DNA of 27,218 nucleotides from Breznakia blatticola (GTDB lineage Bacteria; Bacillota_I; Bacilli_A; Erysipelotrichales; Erysipelotrichaceae): NCBI RefSeq assembly GCF_004365815.1, contig NZ_SODD01000035.1, positions 1 to 27,218 of the forward strand, read 5' to 3'. Shown piece by piece: positions 1 to 8,893 of this stretch (position 1 is its first letter; each line of letters starts with the position of its first letter). The notes under the pieces were generated by a model. It saw only the letters and a program-made list of their open reading frames with translations, ran no database searches and was not told where the DNA came from. The position numbers and the translations under genes were made by a program.

Positions 1-63
1 CACTTGTTTGTTCATGAGCCTTCCATACACTGAAAATAACTTTAGTTTTAATGGTTCATTCAT
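1..63 (-). CDS. First 21 codons of a putative intron-encoded reverse transcriptase/maturase (partial)
   Basis: ATG at 63..61 preceded by an SD, translating MNEPLKLKLFSVYGRLMNKQV and open to the window edge. The pattern resembles IEP N-termini as I recall them (LtrA ...VFTRLYRYLLRPDIYYVAY). No RT motifs are visible in this short piece. Confidence 0.35.
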   Translation of the reverse strand, partial: MNEPLKLKLFSVYGRLMNKQV

Positions 64-686
64 ATACTGTCTATCTCCTTTCTTCTGTAGTGATTTATCT
101 TCTTGAGTTACTACCTTTTTGGTTTCTCAACATTTACCATCATCACTACGACATGTACTACGAGTTCATGAGGTCACTTCCCTTTGGTCCATTATATTTC
201 TATAACTTCATTCCTACTATGAAAGTGTCTGACTTCTACATCTGTATGTTAAGATTTCGCTACGCTTATACTTAACTACCCATTAAAAGATGTAGATCTC
301 ACGGGGTCATCATACATTCTCTTATTGACATGCAGTGGGTTTACACACAAGCGGTCGTTTTGAGTGCTTGCAGTCTTTCTCATCACACATGGGATTTCCC
401 AACTTTTTCGCGAGGTCATCACCTTACTCATGCCACATCACCTTGATATATTCACGCCTGTCAATTTGTCCGTTGCACCCTTTTGAGACGCACCATCCAT
501 TTCCTTGGCACAGTACCTCACGATACCGCACTAAACTTCACTATACAACATGGCTGCACCCTTTGTTGTTAGAGGTCTTTCACCTCATAGAGAATATCCT
601 CTCCTTCAACTTTTGACTAGTTCTACTTTTTACTTTGCCAATTTCCATTGCAGTTTGAGGACTATATGCATGACTGCCCGTCACAC
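1..686 (-). mobile_element. Group II intron-like retroelement, 5' portion (ribozyme domains before the ORF plus start of the intron-encoded ORF); truncated by window edge
   Basis: On the minus strand the sequence begins GTGTGAC (686..680), matching the GUGYG intron 5' consensus, directly after the T-run of the gpmA terminator. About 620 nt follow with no credible ORF and visibly higher GC. Then AAGGAGA-N10-ATG (80..61) opens an ORF that runs off the window. Confidence 0.5.
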
Positions 687-713
687 AAAAAAAGACATCG
701 CGCGATGTCTTTT
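687..713 (-). terminator. Intrinsic terminator of gpmA
   Basis: Minus strand reads AAAA-GACATC-GCGC-GATGTC-TTTTTTT, starting 10 nt after the gpmA stop. Confidence 0.75.
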
Positions 714-723
714 CATTTACGTA

Positions 724-1470
724 TTATGCTTTTGCTTTCCCTTGGTTTGCGACTGCTTCCATTTTTGCTTTCAATGCATCTTGGTCTCCTAGGTAGTATT
801 TATTTGTTACCTTGAAGTTTTCATCGAATTCATAGACAAGAGGAACCCCAGTCGGAATATTTACATTTACAATTTCCTCATCTGACATATGATCTAGATA
901 TTTTACCAATGCACGCAGTGAGTTACCATGTGCAGCAATTAATACACGTTTTCCAGCTTTCATTTGTGGAACAATTTCTGCTTCGTAATAAGGGATTACG
1001 CGTTCAATAGTTGTTGCTAAACTTTCAGTAAGTGGTAGTTCAGCTTTGTTTTCATAACGATATTGTTCCTGAAGTGCAGGGTTTCTTGTGTCAGTTGCTT
1101 CTAAAGCAGGTGGTGGTGTTCCAAACGAACGACGCCATATTTTAACTTGATCTTCACCATATTTTTCAGCAGTTTCTGCTTTGTTTAATCCTTGTAGTGC
1201 ACCATAGTGACGTTCATTTAATTTCCATGATTTGTATACAGGTAACCATTCACGATCCAATTGTTCAAGTACATAATTTAATGTATGAATGGCACGTTTT
1301 AAATATGATGTATAGGCAACATCGAAATCATAACCTGCTTCTTTTAGTAGTTTACCACCATTTCTGGCTTCTTCAATACCTGTTGGAGATAAATCAACAT
1401 CTGTCCAACCAGTAAATAAATTCTCTTTGTTCCAAACACTTTCTCCGTGTCGTACTAATACTAATTTCAT
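724..1470 (-). CDS. gpmA: 2,3-bisphosphoglycerate-dependent phosphoglycerate mutase
   Basis: 248 aa with N-terminus [28 protein letters not shown] (RHGE catalytic His motif) and a later HGNSLRAL motif. RBS AGGAGG lies upstream (about 1477-1482, minus strand). Confidence 0.95.
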   Translation of the reverse strand: MKLVLVRHGESVWNKENLFTGWTDVDLSPTGIEEARNGGKLLKEAGYDFDVAYTSYLKRAIHTLNYVLEQLDREWLPVYKSWKLNERHYGALQGLNKAETAEKYGEDQVKIWRRSFGTPPPALEATDTRNPALQEQYRYENKAELPLTESLATTIERVIPYYEAEIVPQMKAGKRVLIAAHGNSLRALVKYLDHMSDEEIVNVNIPTGVPLVYEFDENFKVTNKYYLGDQDALKAKMEAVANQGKAKA

Positions 1471-1679
1471 ATATACCTCCTATTAAGTTATATGTAGTTA
1501 ACTTTTAATTATTATACGTCACCTGTCGGAATTACTCAAGTAATATACATGGAAATGTTTATGTTTATATTGTATTTTTTATATCTAGATTGGTGTCATT
1601 TTTTTGTGACTTGTATTTCATTTCAAATCTATTATGTATACAAATATGCTATACTTATACAGAAAGAAGGGGTGTTGTT

Positions 1680-4600
1680 GTGGCTGTACATTTACATACA
1701 CGTAGTTGTTATACACTACTTGAAAGTACATTAAAAATTCAAGACATTGTTGCTCTAGCTAAAACAGAACAAATGGATGCAATTGCCTTATGTGATCGTA
1801 ATGTAATGCATGGTGCAATGGCGTTTTTTCATGCTTGTACGAAAGCGAACATAAAACCAATTTTCGGTTTGGAATTTGAAGTACTTATCAATGAACAACA
1901 CATCCAGTTACTTGCTTATGCAAAAACAGATATTGGATTTCAATCTTTGTTGGCTTTATCCTCACATATTAATACAGTGGATGAACCACTAACTGTTGAA
2001 ACAGTACGCACTTTTGATCGTGATTTGATTATTTGTAGTGCAGGTAACAATGATGATTTACGCAAGTTAAATAGCTATGAAGACAAAAGTGAATTAGAAG
2101 AAATATTAAAACTTTTCAAACATAGTTTTGTTGAGTTTTATATTGCGATTGCAATGAATGATTCTTTGTTTTTAAAGAAACAAAATGAAGTGTTGAAAAA
2201 TATTGCACGTCGCTTAAAGATTGATACATTTGCTTTATCAAAAATATATTATGCAAAAAAAGAGGACTTTGAAGCATATCAAGTTGTAAATGCAATTGGT
2301 CAACAACGTACGATATATGATAAAACACTTAGCATCGAACAAGATCGCTATTTCCGTTCAAGTCAGGAAATGGAACGATTATATGATGTTGATGATTTAA
2401 TGAAAGCAGAAGAAATTGCTGCATCATGTAATGTGAAGATGAATTTTCCTAAAGCAAGTTTACCTGTGTATGAGAATAATAAGGGGGTAGATTCAGCAAC
2501 ATATCTTCGTGAATTATGTCGCTTAGGTCTACAAAAACGTAGAAACAATCAAGTTAGTCAAAAGTATGTGGAACGCTTGCATCATGAACTAGATGTTATT
2601 GAGCGAATGGGATTTGCTGATTACTTTTTAATTGTCTATGACTTTGTACGCTATGCGAAAATGCAAGGAATATATGTCGGACCTGGAAGAGGTAGTGCAG
2701 CTGGTTCACTGGTGTCGTATTGCTTAGGAATTACTGAAGTTGATCCATTAACATACGGATTACTGTTTGAACGTTTCTTAAATCCAGAACGTATTTCTAT
2801 GCCAGATATCGATATTGATTTTCCAGATAATAAAAGAGATGAAGTGATTGCTTATGTTGCTAAACGTTATGGAAAAGAGCGAGTAGCCCATATTACAACC
2901 TATGGAACGCTTGCCACAAAACAAGTTTTACGAGACGTAGGGCGTGTTTTAGCAATCCCTTTAAGCGATGTGGATATGTTATGTAAAATGGTGCCAAACG
3001 TACTTAAAATAAATCTAGATACGGTATATGCACAAAATAAAAAGTTCGCTCAAGTTATTCAAGCGAAAAAGGAATTTCGACGTTTATTTGCAATTGCACG
3101 AAAACTCGAGGGACTTCCTCGACATACCTCAACTCATGCTGGTGGGATTGTTTTAAGTGATAAACCCATTTCGAGTGTATGTCCATTAATTGCGGTGGAA
3201 GAAGATTTATACTCAACACAGTATTCTATGGAATATCTAGAGGAACTAGGATTGATAAAAATTGATTTCTTAGGATTAAGAAACCTTACAATTATCGATG
3301 AGGTTGTTGCACATATTAAAGAACATGGGCATGATTTAGATATCAAATCCATTCCACTTGATGATAAAGAAACATTCCAACTTCTACAAGCTGTAGATAC
3401 TGTTGGTGTTTTCCAATTGGAAAGTGAAGGGATGAAAAGTTTATTACATAAAATGCAAGTAAAAAACTTTGAGGAAATTGCAGCAACGATTGCTTTATTT
3501 AGACCAGGACCAATGGAGAATATTCCATTGTATTTAGAAAATCGTCAGCACCCAGAATCTATTGATTATATCGATGCAACGATACAACCAATCTTAGAGA
3601 ATACGTATGGGGTTATGATTTACCAGGAACAAATTATGCAAATCACGCAAGTTATGGCAGGTTTCTCACTTGGAAAAGCAGACATTCTTCGAAAGGCGAT
3701 ATCAAAGAAAATTCCAGGAGAATTAGAAAAACTAGAGAAAGACTTTATTGATGGTTCTTTACGTAAAGGATATAGTGAAAAGGTTGCACATAAGGTATAT
3801 GATTCAATCTTGAAGTTTGCTGGTTATGGATTTAACCGTTCACACTCAATTGCATATGGACTTATTGCATACCAAATGGCATATTTAAAAGCAAGATATC
3901 CACTTTCATTCTTTACATCTTTATTAAATAGTATGATTGGTTCAGAGACAAAAAGTAGTGAATACATCTTTGAAGCAAAAAAACGTGGAATTAAAATATT
4001 ACCGCCAAGTGTAAACACATCAACATCTACCTATGAAATTGAACAAGAATGTATTCGTTTTCCATTGTTGGGAATTAAGAATATCGGTCGTGCAAACTGT
4101 GAAGCACTCTTACAAGAACGTGCAAAAAATGGTGTGTATACAGATTTCTTTGATTTTGTTGCTCGCATTTCAACAGTGAAATTTTCTAGTAAAGCAATTG
4201 AAAGTTTAATTGATGCAGGAGCACTTGATGATTTCCATGAAACAAGAGCATCATTACGTGCAACATTACCAGATGCTCTTCGGTATGCATCGCTAGTTAA
4301 AGTTGATGAGATTGAACAACAGTTAGATTTAACTCTAGTGTCGAAACCACCAATGGTTGTGATGCGTGATTTTCTAGGAGATCGTTCACGGAAAGAGAAA
4401 GAAGTGCTTGGTTTCTATTTAAGCGAACACCCAATCACCCAAATTCGATCACGCTATGCACAAGATGTAAAAGGACTCATTGAACTTGCACATGTAAAGG
4501 GATATGTGAAAACGATTGGCTTTATCGAACATACAAAACAACATCGTACCAAGAATGGACAAATCATGATGTTTGTTGTGATTAGTGATGAAACAAGCAA

Positions 4601-4742
4601 GTTTGATTTAGCTATATTTCCAAAAGAATATCAAATTTACCAAGATATTCTAGAACGTGGAAATTATGTGTATGTAGAAGGGTTTATTAAAGATCGTCCA
4701 TCGATAGCAGTTAATAAGTTGCAGAAAGTTGAGGCTGAGTAA
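1680..4742 (+). CDS. dnaE: DNA polymerase III alpha subunit (DnaE type)
   Basis: PHP-domain N-terminus (M)AVHLHTRSCYTLLES, then GPGRGSAAGSLVSYCLGIT, PDIDIDF and FNRSHS motifs. Start moved to GTG 1680 (GAAGGGG SD about 7 nt upstream); the track's 1590 extension codes Cys/Phe-rich junk. Confidence 0.93.
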   Translation: MAVHLHTRSCYTLLESTLKIQDIVALAKTEQMDAIALCDRNVMHGAMAFFHACTKANIKPIFGLEFEVLINEQHIQLLAYAKTDIGFQSLLALSSHINTVDEPLTVETVRTFDRDLIICSAGNNDDLRKLNSYEDKSELEEILKLFKHSFVEFYIAIAMNDSLFLKKQNEVLKNIARRLKIDTFALSKIYYAKKEDFEAYQVVNAIGQQRTIYDKTLSIEQDRYFRSSQEMERLYDVDDLMKAEEIAASCNVKMNFPKASLPVYENNKGVDSATYLRELCRLGLQKRRNNQVSQKYVERLHHELDVIERMGFADYFLIVYDFVRYAKMQGIYVGPGRGSAAGSLVSYCLGITEVDPLTYGLLFERFLNPERISMPDIDIDFPDNKRDEVIAYVAKRYGKERVAHITTYGTLATKQVLRDVGRVLAIPLSDVDMLCKMVPNVLKINLDTVYAQNKKFAQVIQAKKEFRRLFAIARKLEGLPRHTSTHAGGIVLSDKPISSVCPLIAVEEDLYSTQYSMEYLEELGLIKIDFLGLRNLTIIDEVVAHIKEHGHDLDIKSIPLDDKETFQLLQAVDTVGVFQLESEGMKSLLHKMQVKNFEEIAATIALFRPGPMENIPLYLENRQHPESIDYIDATIQPILENTYGVMIYQEQIMQITQVMAGFSLGKADILRKAISKKIPGELEKLEKDFIDGSLRKGYSEKVAHKVYDSILKFAGYGFNRSHSIAYGLIAYQMAYLKARYPLSFFTSLLNSMIGSETKSSEYIFEAKKRGIKILPPSVNTSTSTYEIEQECIRFPLLGIKNIGRANCEALLQERAKNGVYTDFFDFVARISTVKFSSKAIESLIDAGALDDFHETRASLRATLPDALRYASLVKVDEIEQQLDLTLVSKPPMVVMRDFLGDRSRKEKEVLGFYLSEHPITQIRSRYAQDVKGLIELAHVKGYVKTIGFIEHTKQHRTKNGQIMMFVVISDETSKFDLAIFPKEYQIYQDILERGNYVYVEGFIKDRPSIAVNKLQKVEAE

Positions 4743-5183
4743 ATGAAAGTTTGTATAATCTATGTATCTTTTCATCATCAAAATACAAAGAAGTTAGTAC
4801 AAGCTGTCGCTTCTCGCTTTGCTTTTGATTGTTTTGAGTTGAAAGAAGCACAATCACTAGATTTACGTGCATATGATATGATTGGCTTTGCTTCTGGTAT
4901 CTTTTATGGAAAGCTGAATATACAACTAACAAATTTTATTGCAGATAAACATGAAGACATCAAACAAGCATTTGTGATGTTTACGTGTGGAATGAAGCGA
5001 AAATCATATACGCAAATGATAAAACAATTTTTCGAACTTTGTGAAATCCCACTGCTAGGCATATACGGCAGTCGAGGACATGACACATTTGGACCCTTTA
5101 AATATATTGGAGGAATTGCTAGAAACCATCCGAACAATAAAGATATTGAAAAAGCATATACATTCATACGAGACCAACTATGA
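4743..5183 (+). CDS. Flavodoxin-family protein (short-chain, clostridial type)
   Basis: 146 aa, MKVCIIYVSFHHQNTKKLVQAVA...YDMIGFASGIFYGK...GHDTFGPFKYIGGI...NNKDIEKAYTF. ATG directly abuts the dnaE stop (TAAATG). Confidence 0.65.
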   Translation: MKVCIIYVSFHHQNTKKLVQAVASRFAFDCFELKEAQSLDLRAYDMIGFASGIFYGKLNIQLTNFIADKHEDIKQAFVMFTCGMKRKSYTQMIKQFFELCEIPLLGIYGSRGHDTFGPFKYIGGIARNHPNNKDIEKAYTFIRDQL

Positions 5184-5436
5184 AGTTGTCAAGAATGAAC
5201 AAGACTTATTGAGTTCTCATTTACTGCATAACAAAAACAACCTTTCTTAGAGTTTGTTCTAAGCACGATGTCCTTATCTTGTATTCTTGGTTGATATTAA
5301 TGTACGCAACTTTTCCAACTATAAACAAATAAATAGAGCCAGGCAATACTCTTCTTTAAATGGACTAATGCCATACAAAAAATTAAGAGATAAGTTCTAT
5401 TTATATGATAACAAATAGAAGAAAGAAAGGAGACGT

Positions 5437-5481
5437 ATGATACAAAAACAAAGTTCACAAGTATCATATAAGAAATTATGA
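5437..5481 (+). CDS. 14-codon upstream ORF (MIQKQSSQVSYKKL) whose stop overlaps the next start
   Basis: It has the only good SD in the region (GAAAGGAGA, 4-5 nt before ATG 5437). Its TGA (5479-5481) overlaps ATG 5478 of the secreted-peptide gene (ATGA). Confidence 0.25.
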   Translation: MIQKQSSQVSYKKL

Positions 5482-5780
5482 AAAAATTGAAATACTGCAT
5501 TATTTTAGTCTTATTGGCATTTATGTGTGTTCCTACAGTAGTGCTTGCAACAAACGCAGACTACTCAGATTCATATATGATGTATCGGTATGTTGACGAA
5601 AATCCGAATGATTCAAATTGCACTGCAATAACGGAGCACAATCAAAGATATGCCAATGCAACTGCTGGGATTTATCATTATGCTTGTGGATCGGAGCATA
5701 CACAAAGCAAAGACCCTGGTACTACAGCGAGAGTAAGTTTATACACAAATCAATATAATCATGTTCACACAAGTAAGTAG
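5478..5780 (+). CDS. Small secreted protein; candidate Sec-dependent bacteriocin precursor
   Basis: 100 aa with a Sec signal (MKKLKYCIILVLLAFMCVPTVVLA / TNADY). The mature ~76 aa part is Tyr/His/Asn/Thr-rich with 2 Cys and no TM. It sits first in a cluster with a DUF1430-type permease and an ABC ATPase. Confidence 0.5.
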   Translation: MKKLKYCIILVLLAFMCVPTVVLATNADYSDSYMMYRYVDENPNDSNCTAITEHNQRYANATAGIYHYACGSEHTQSKDPGTTARVSLYTNQYNHVHTSK

Positions 5781-5796
5781 GTAATTGGAGAAACAT

Positions 5797-7800
5797 ATGA
5801 AAAAGATCTTACTTATGTTAAGTGGAATATTTATGATATTCTGCTTTCTCTATATTCATATAGACGCAAGAGAAAAATTTATTCATGAGGAAAGTGTGAA
5901 TACTAGACTAGGATCAAGTCTTGAATTTATGGTCTATGAGTATGAAGAACAAACATACACAAATCAGGATGCTGACTTTATTGTTAAACTAGCAGAAAAA
6001 TACAATGTTAGTGTTGTAACAAATAATGGAAGTACCGAAAACAAAGTTAATCAGTTTGTTGCACTGAATAACAAGGAATTGCTTGAAAGATATAATATAG
6101 ATTCAAATTTCAACTTTGATAAATATGCAGTTTTATCCAGCAATGAACAAATAGCAACAGTTGGACAAATTAATACATTTGACAATACCATAGAACTAAC
6201 AAAACGATCGTTTTATAATGAGTTGAATACACGATTAGATGGTTGGTATTTTGTTTTTGGTGAAAATCGTGAACAGTTTTACCATGAATTTCAAAAACAT
6301 TTTCCAAATCAAATTGAAATAATTGAAACCTATGATGAAGACTTGAATCATGAAGTTACAATGGAGAGAAATCCAAATTATATGAAAATGATTAAATTTG
6401 GGCTGATTTTTAGTTGTAGTGCAATTGTTATTCTTTTGTTAGTTTTTTCAACTGAAAGTAAAGATGTTTCCATTAAAAAAATGAATGGATATAGTAACTT
6501 TAGAATAGTGAAGGATAGTTTATTAGTTACTTCAATTTTGATGGTTATTATTGATGTTGTCATTGTAGCTGTTATGACGGTGCTAAATATACCCAAACTT
6601 AGTGACGTTCATATTCCGATGTTTCAAAATATAATAATTGCTGTTGCATGCAAATATATTGTAATCGCTGTTGTATATTGTATAGTTTTGTTATACATCA
6701 AATCAATTGGAATAAGCATATTGTTAAAGAAAAAGGGAATATCTAAGTTCATTCTCAATGTAAACACGATTATGAGAGTTGTTTTTGTTTTTTTATTAAC
6801 AATATCACTGTTTGATTCCTTACCTGGATTTATAAATACAATTAAAGTAGCTGCTCAGTTCAATGGATTTATTGAAGAGTGCTCTGATTATACACATAGT
6901 ACAGAAATTCAAGGCTTTTTAAATCAAGAGGGGAATGAACGAATATACAAGTTTGCTAAGGATGTTCAAAAAAATGAACAGTACGTCGGAATTTATTTAG
7001 GTAATTATGATAATAATTTGAATCTAAGTTACGCTTGGGTTGATGTAAACTATAACTATTTGAAGAAATATGAAATTTATGATAAGTATAACAAACAAGT
7101 GATTGATCTTGATGAGAGTAAACAGTATCTCTTGGTACCTGAAGAATATGTAAATGATCCAATGTTGTATAAAAAACGAGTGGAAAGATTAAAAGACTTT
7201 TTAGAATTCGAAGAAATTATAATTAAAGACAACCAAAGAATCTTCACCTTTAATCTTAATTATGATGAAGGTAAACTAGGATATATCCAGCAATCACCAA
7301 TCTTAGTGAGTGATGACTTCACATGGGGGGACTTATATTTCAAGAAAAGCAGTGATCCAAACTACGAGAATGCACAAAATATGTTACATGAGTACGGAAT
7401 CGAAAATGAATTTGTTTATTCATTAGCCAAAGAAGAAGGCTCTTTTATACTTGATTTACAATTGTCAACTCTAATATATGAAGCGACAATGATATTGCTA
7501 TATATTTCATTACTAGTTTTGCTTATTGTACAATACTTATTTCTAATGTTTGAAGTGAATCGAAAAGAATATATTGTAAAGAAAATGCACGGATACTCGT
7601 TTATCTCAAGATATGTCGATTTAATTCTATTGTTAATTTGCTCGTATGTGGTGAATTTTATATTACTAATTACTCTAAACTACGAAATTAATTCTTTTGT
7701 TATATTGCTCATTATTCTATTAATAGATATTTTGTTTACTAGCATGGTTGTATATAGACTTGAAAATAAGTCTATCGCTATTGTGTTGAAAGGAGATTAA
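5797..7800 (+). CDS. Polytopic membrane protein of the bacteriocin-associated integral membrane type (DUF1430/TIGR01654-like, FtsX-type permease)
   Basis: About 667 aa from ATG 5797 (GGAG 6 nt upstream). Layout: N-terminal TM, ~175 aa loop, 4 TM, ~210 aa loop, 3 TM. Two copies of a K-K-M-x-G-Y-S motif (KKMNGYSNF, KKMHGYSFI) each follow a TM. Confidence 0.7.
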   Translation: MKKILLMLSGIFMIFCFLYIHIDAREKFIHEESVNTRLGSSLEFMVYEYEEQTYTNQDADFIVKLAEKYNVSVVTNNGSTENKVNQFVALNNKELLERYNIDSNFNFDKYAVLSSNEQIATVGQINTFDNTIELTKRSFYNELNTRLDGWYFVFGENREQFYHEFQKHFPNQIEIIETYDEDLNHEVTMERNPNYMKMIKFGLIFSCSAIVILLLVFSTESKDVSIKKMNGYSNFRIVKDSLLVTSILMVIIDVVIVAVMTVLNIPKLSDVHIPMFQNIIIAVACKYIVIAVVYCIVLLYIKSIGISILLKKKGISKFILNVNTIMRVVFVFLLTISLFDSLPGFINTIKVAAQFNGFIEECSDYTHSTEIQGFLNQEGNERIYKFAKDVQKNEQYVGIYLGNYDNNLNLSYAWVDVNYNYLKKYEIYDKYNKQVIDLDESKQYLLVPEEYVNDPMLYKKRVERLKDFLEFEEIIIKDNQRIFTFNLNYDEGKLGYIQQSPILVSDDFTWGDLYFKKSSDPNYENAQNMLHEYGIENEFVYSLAKEEGSFILDLQLSTLIYEATMILLYISLLVLLIVQYLFLMFEVNRKEYIVKKMHGYSFISRYVDLILLLICSYVVNFILLITLNYEINSFVILLIILLIDILFTSMVVYRLENKSIAIVLKGD

Positions 7801-8450
7801 TGATGGTTGTCGAATGTAAAGATATATCTAAGTCCTTTGGAGAAAATCAGGTATTAAAAGGTTTTTCATATAAATTTGAAAAAGGAAAAATCTATGTTTT
7901 ATATGGAGTTTCTGGAAGTGGAAAAAGCACATTACTGAATTTAATAGGAGGTATTGATAAACCATCTTCTGGAGAGGTTATATATTATAAAAATGATGTT
8001 GTCGATACTAGCAGTAAAACTATACTTTTTAGGAAAAGAATCGCGTATTTATTTCAAAACTATGCTTTAGTTGATAATAAGAGTGTTAAGTATAATTTGG
8101 AAATCGCTTTATCATATGATAATAGTAAAAACAAAACGGAGAAGATGAATCTAGTTTTAGAACGTGTAGGCTTATCAGATTACCTAGACAAAATGATTTA
8201 TACATTGTCTGGAGGGGAGCAACAACGTGTTGCTTTAGCTAGAGCACTTCTTAAAGAAAGTGATATTATCCTAGCGGATGAACCAACTGGAAATTTGGAT
8301 GACAAAAATGCTGAAGTAGTCATCAGTATTTTTAAGCAACTACGAGATGAAGGGAAGACTATAATTATTGCTACTCATGACGTGGAGTTTTCACAGTTTT
8401 CAGACGAAAAAATTGTTTTGAAAAGCAAAAATTCAAATCGCACAAAATAG
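7800..8450 (+). CDS. ABC transporter ATP-binding protein
   Basis: Walker A GVSGSGKST, signature LSGGEQQRVALARAL, Walker B IILADEPTGNLD, H-loop IATHD. Start overlaps the permease stop (TAATGATG); ATG 7803 is an equally good start. Confidence 0.9.
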   Translation: MMVVECKDISKSFGENQVLKGFSYKFEKGKIYVLYGVSGSGKSTLLNLIGGIDKPSSGEVIYYKNDVVDTSSKTILFRKRIAYLFQNYALVDNKSVKYNLEIALSYDNSKNKTEKMNLVLERVGLSDYLDKMIYTLSGGEQQRVALARALLKESDIILADEPTGNLDDKNAEVVISIFKQLRDEGKTIIIATHDVEFSQFSDEKIVLKSKNSNRTK

Positions 8451-8672
8451 TTAAAATAACAAGCAAACTTGAACATTGATTTAATGATATAAAGATATAC
8501 AATGATTTGGAATGTCAAAGAAACATGAGATGTTCAAAAAAATCGCATTTAAATTAAGTTAATACTTGTTGTATGGTTTTAGAGAACCACCGAAATTTTT
8601 GAGTAAAGCTTAACCTAAAGAAAGAAGACACTTTTAAAATGTAAGGTTTTTACTAAAATGTGCCTATAAACA

Positions 8673-8705
8673 ATCCGTGGAGTGCATTTACTCCACGGAT
8701 ATTTT
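8673..8705. terminator. Strong hairpin, probable (possibly bidirectional) terminator
   Basis: Perfect 11-bp stem ATCCGTGGAGT / ACTCCACGGAT with a 6-nt loop. Tail is ATTTT on + and TGTTTAT on -. Confidence 0.6.
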
Positions 8706-8765
8706 AAAGTCTGAGCCTGTAAATAATTTTGTGTAAAGTTTGATATCCCATGGTAGAACCATGAA

Positions 8766-8799
8766 GTAGCTACATTGAGTAAAATGTAGTTGCTTTTTT
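8766..8799 (+). terminator. Hairpin plus T6, terminator-like
   Basis: GTAGCTACAT-tgagtaaa-ATGTAGTTGC (10 bp, 2 G-U) followed by TTTTTT. Confidence 0.5.
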
Positions 8800-8862
8800 A
8801 ATTTCTTTTTTGTGTTTGCCTAATAAAACCGTATCTAATTTAATTTTTTTTTATTATTTTTT

Positions 8863-8893
8863 AGTGATAGAGGGTTGTTTTCTATCACTTTTT
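8863..8893 (+). terminator. Hairpin plus T4, terminator-like, abutting the stop of the minus-strand lipoprotein gene
   Basis: AGTGATAGA-gggttgttt-TCTATCACT (perfect 9 bp) followed by TTTT on +. On the minus strand an A-run follows, so it is not a classical terminator for that gene. Confidence 0.4.

Noticed and set aside
51-792. Three plus-strand track ORFs (51..275, 335..616, 550..792) at the left edge
   Set aside because: They have no SD and implausible Cys/His/Phe/Tyr-rich translations. They lie antisense to what reads much better as a structured group II intron RNA plus the gpmA terminator.
1590-1679. N-terminal 30-codon extension of dnaE in the ORF track
   Set aside because: The extension translates to hydrophobic junk (MVSFFCDLYFISNLLCIQ...) and overlaps the promoter region. 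GTG 1680 has a proper SD and starts exactly at the conserved PHP-domain N-terminus.
5297-5500. Minus-strand 67-aa hydrophobic ORF overlapping the bacteriocin-cluster promoter region
   Set aside because: It has no SD, it overlaps the uORF and the peptide-gene start on the other strand, and its composition is typical of AT-rich antisense reading.
5797-8450. Alternative reading of the permease and ATPase as a BceAB-type antimicrobial-peptide detoxification pump governed by the downstream TCS
   Set aside because: BceB proteins start directly with the TM bundle and have their single large loop late in the protein. Here there are two large loops and an N-terminal anchor, as in DUF1430 proteins. 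The TCS is VanR-like, sits 3 kb away and is separated by an opposite-strand gene. The idea remains a fallback if HMMs disagree.
8576-8620. GTTTTAGAG... string resembling the start of a type II (Cas9) CRISPR repeat or tracr anti-repeat
   Set aside because: It is a single occurrence with no repeat-spacer periodicity anywhere in the window, no cas genes, and no similarity beyond 9 nt. I treat it as chance in AT-rich DNA.
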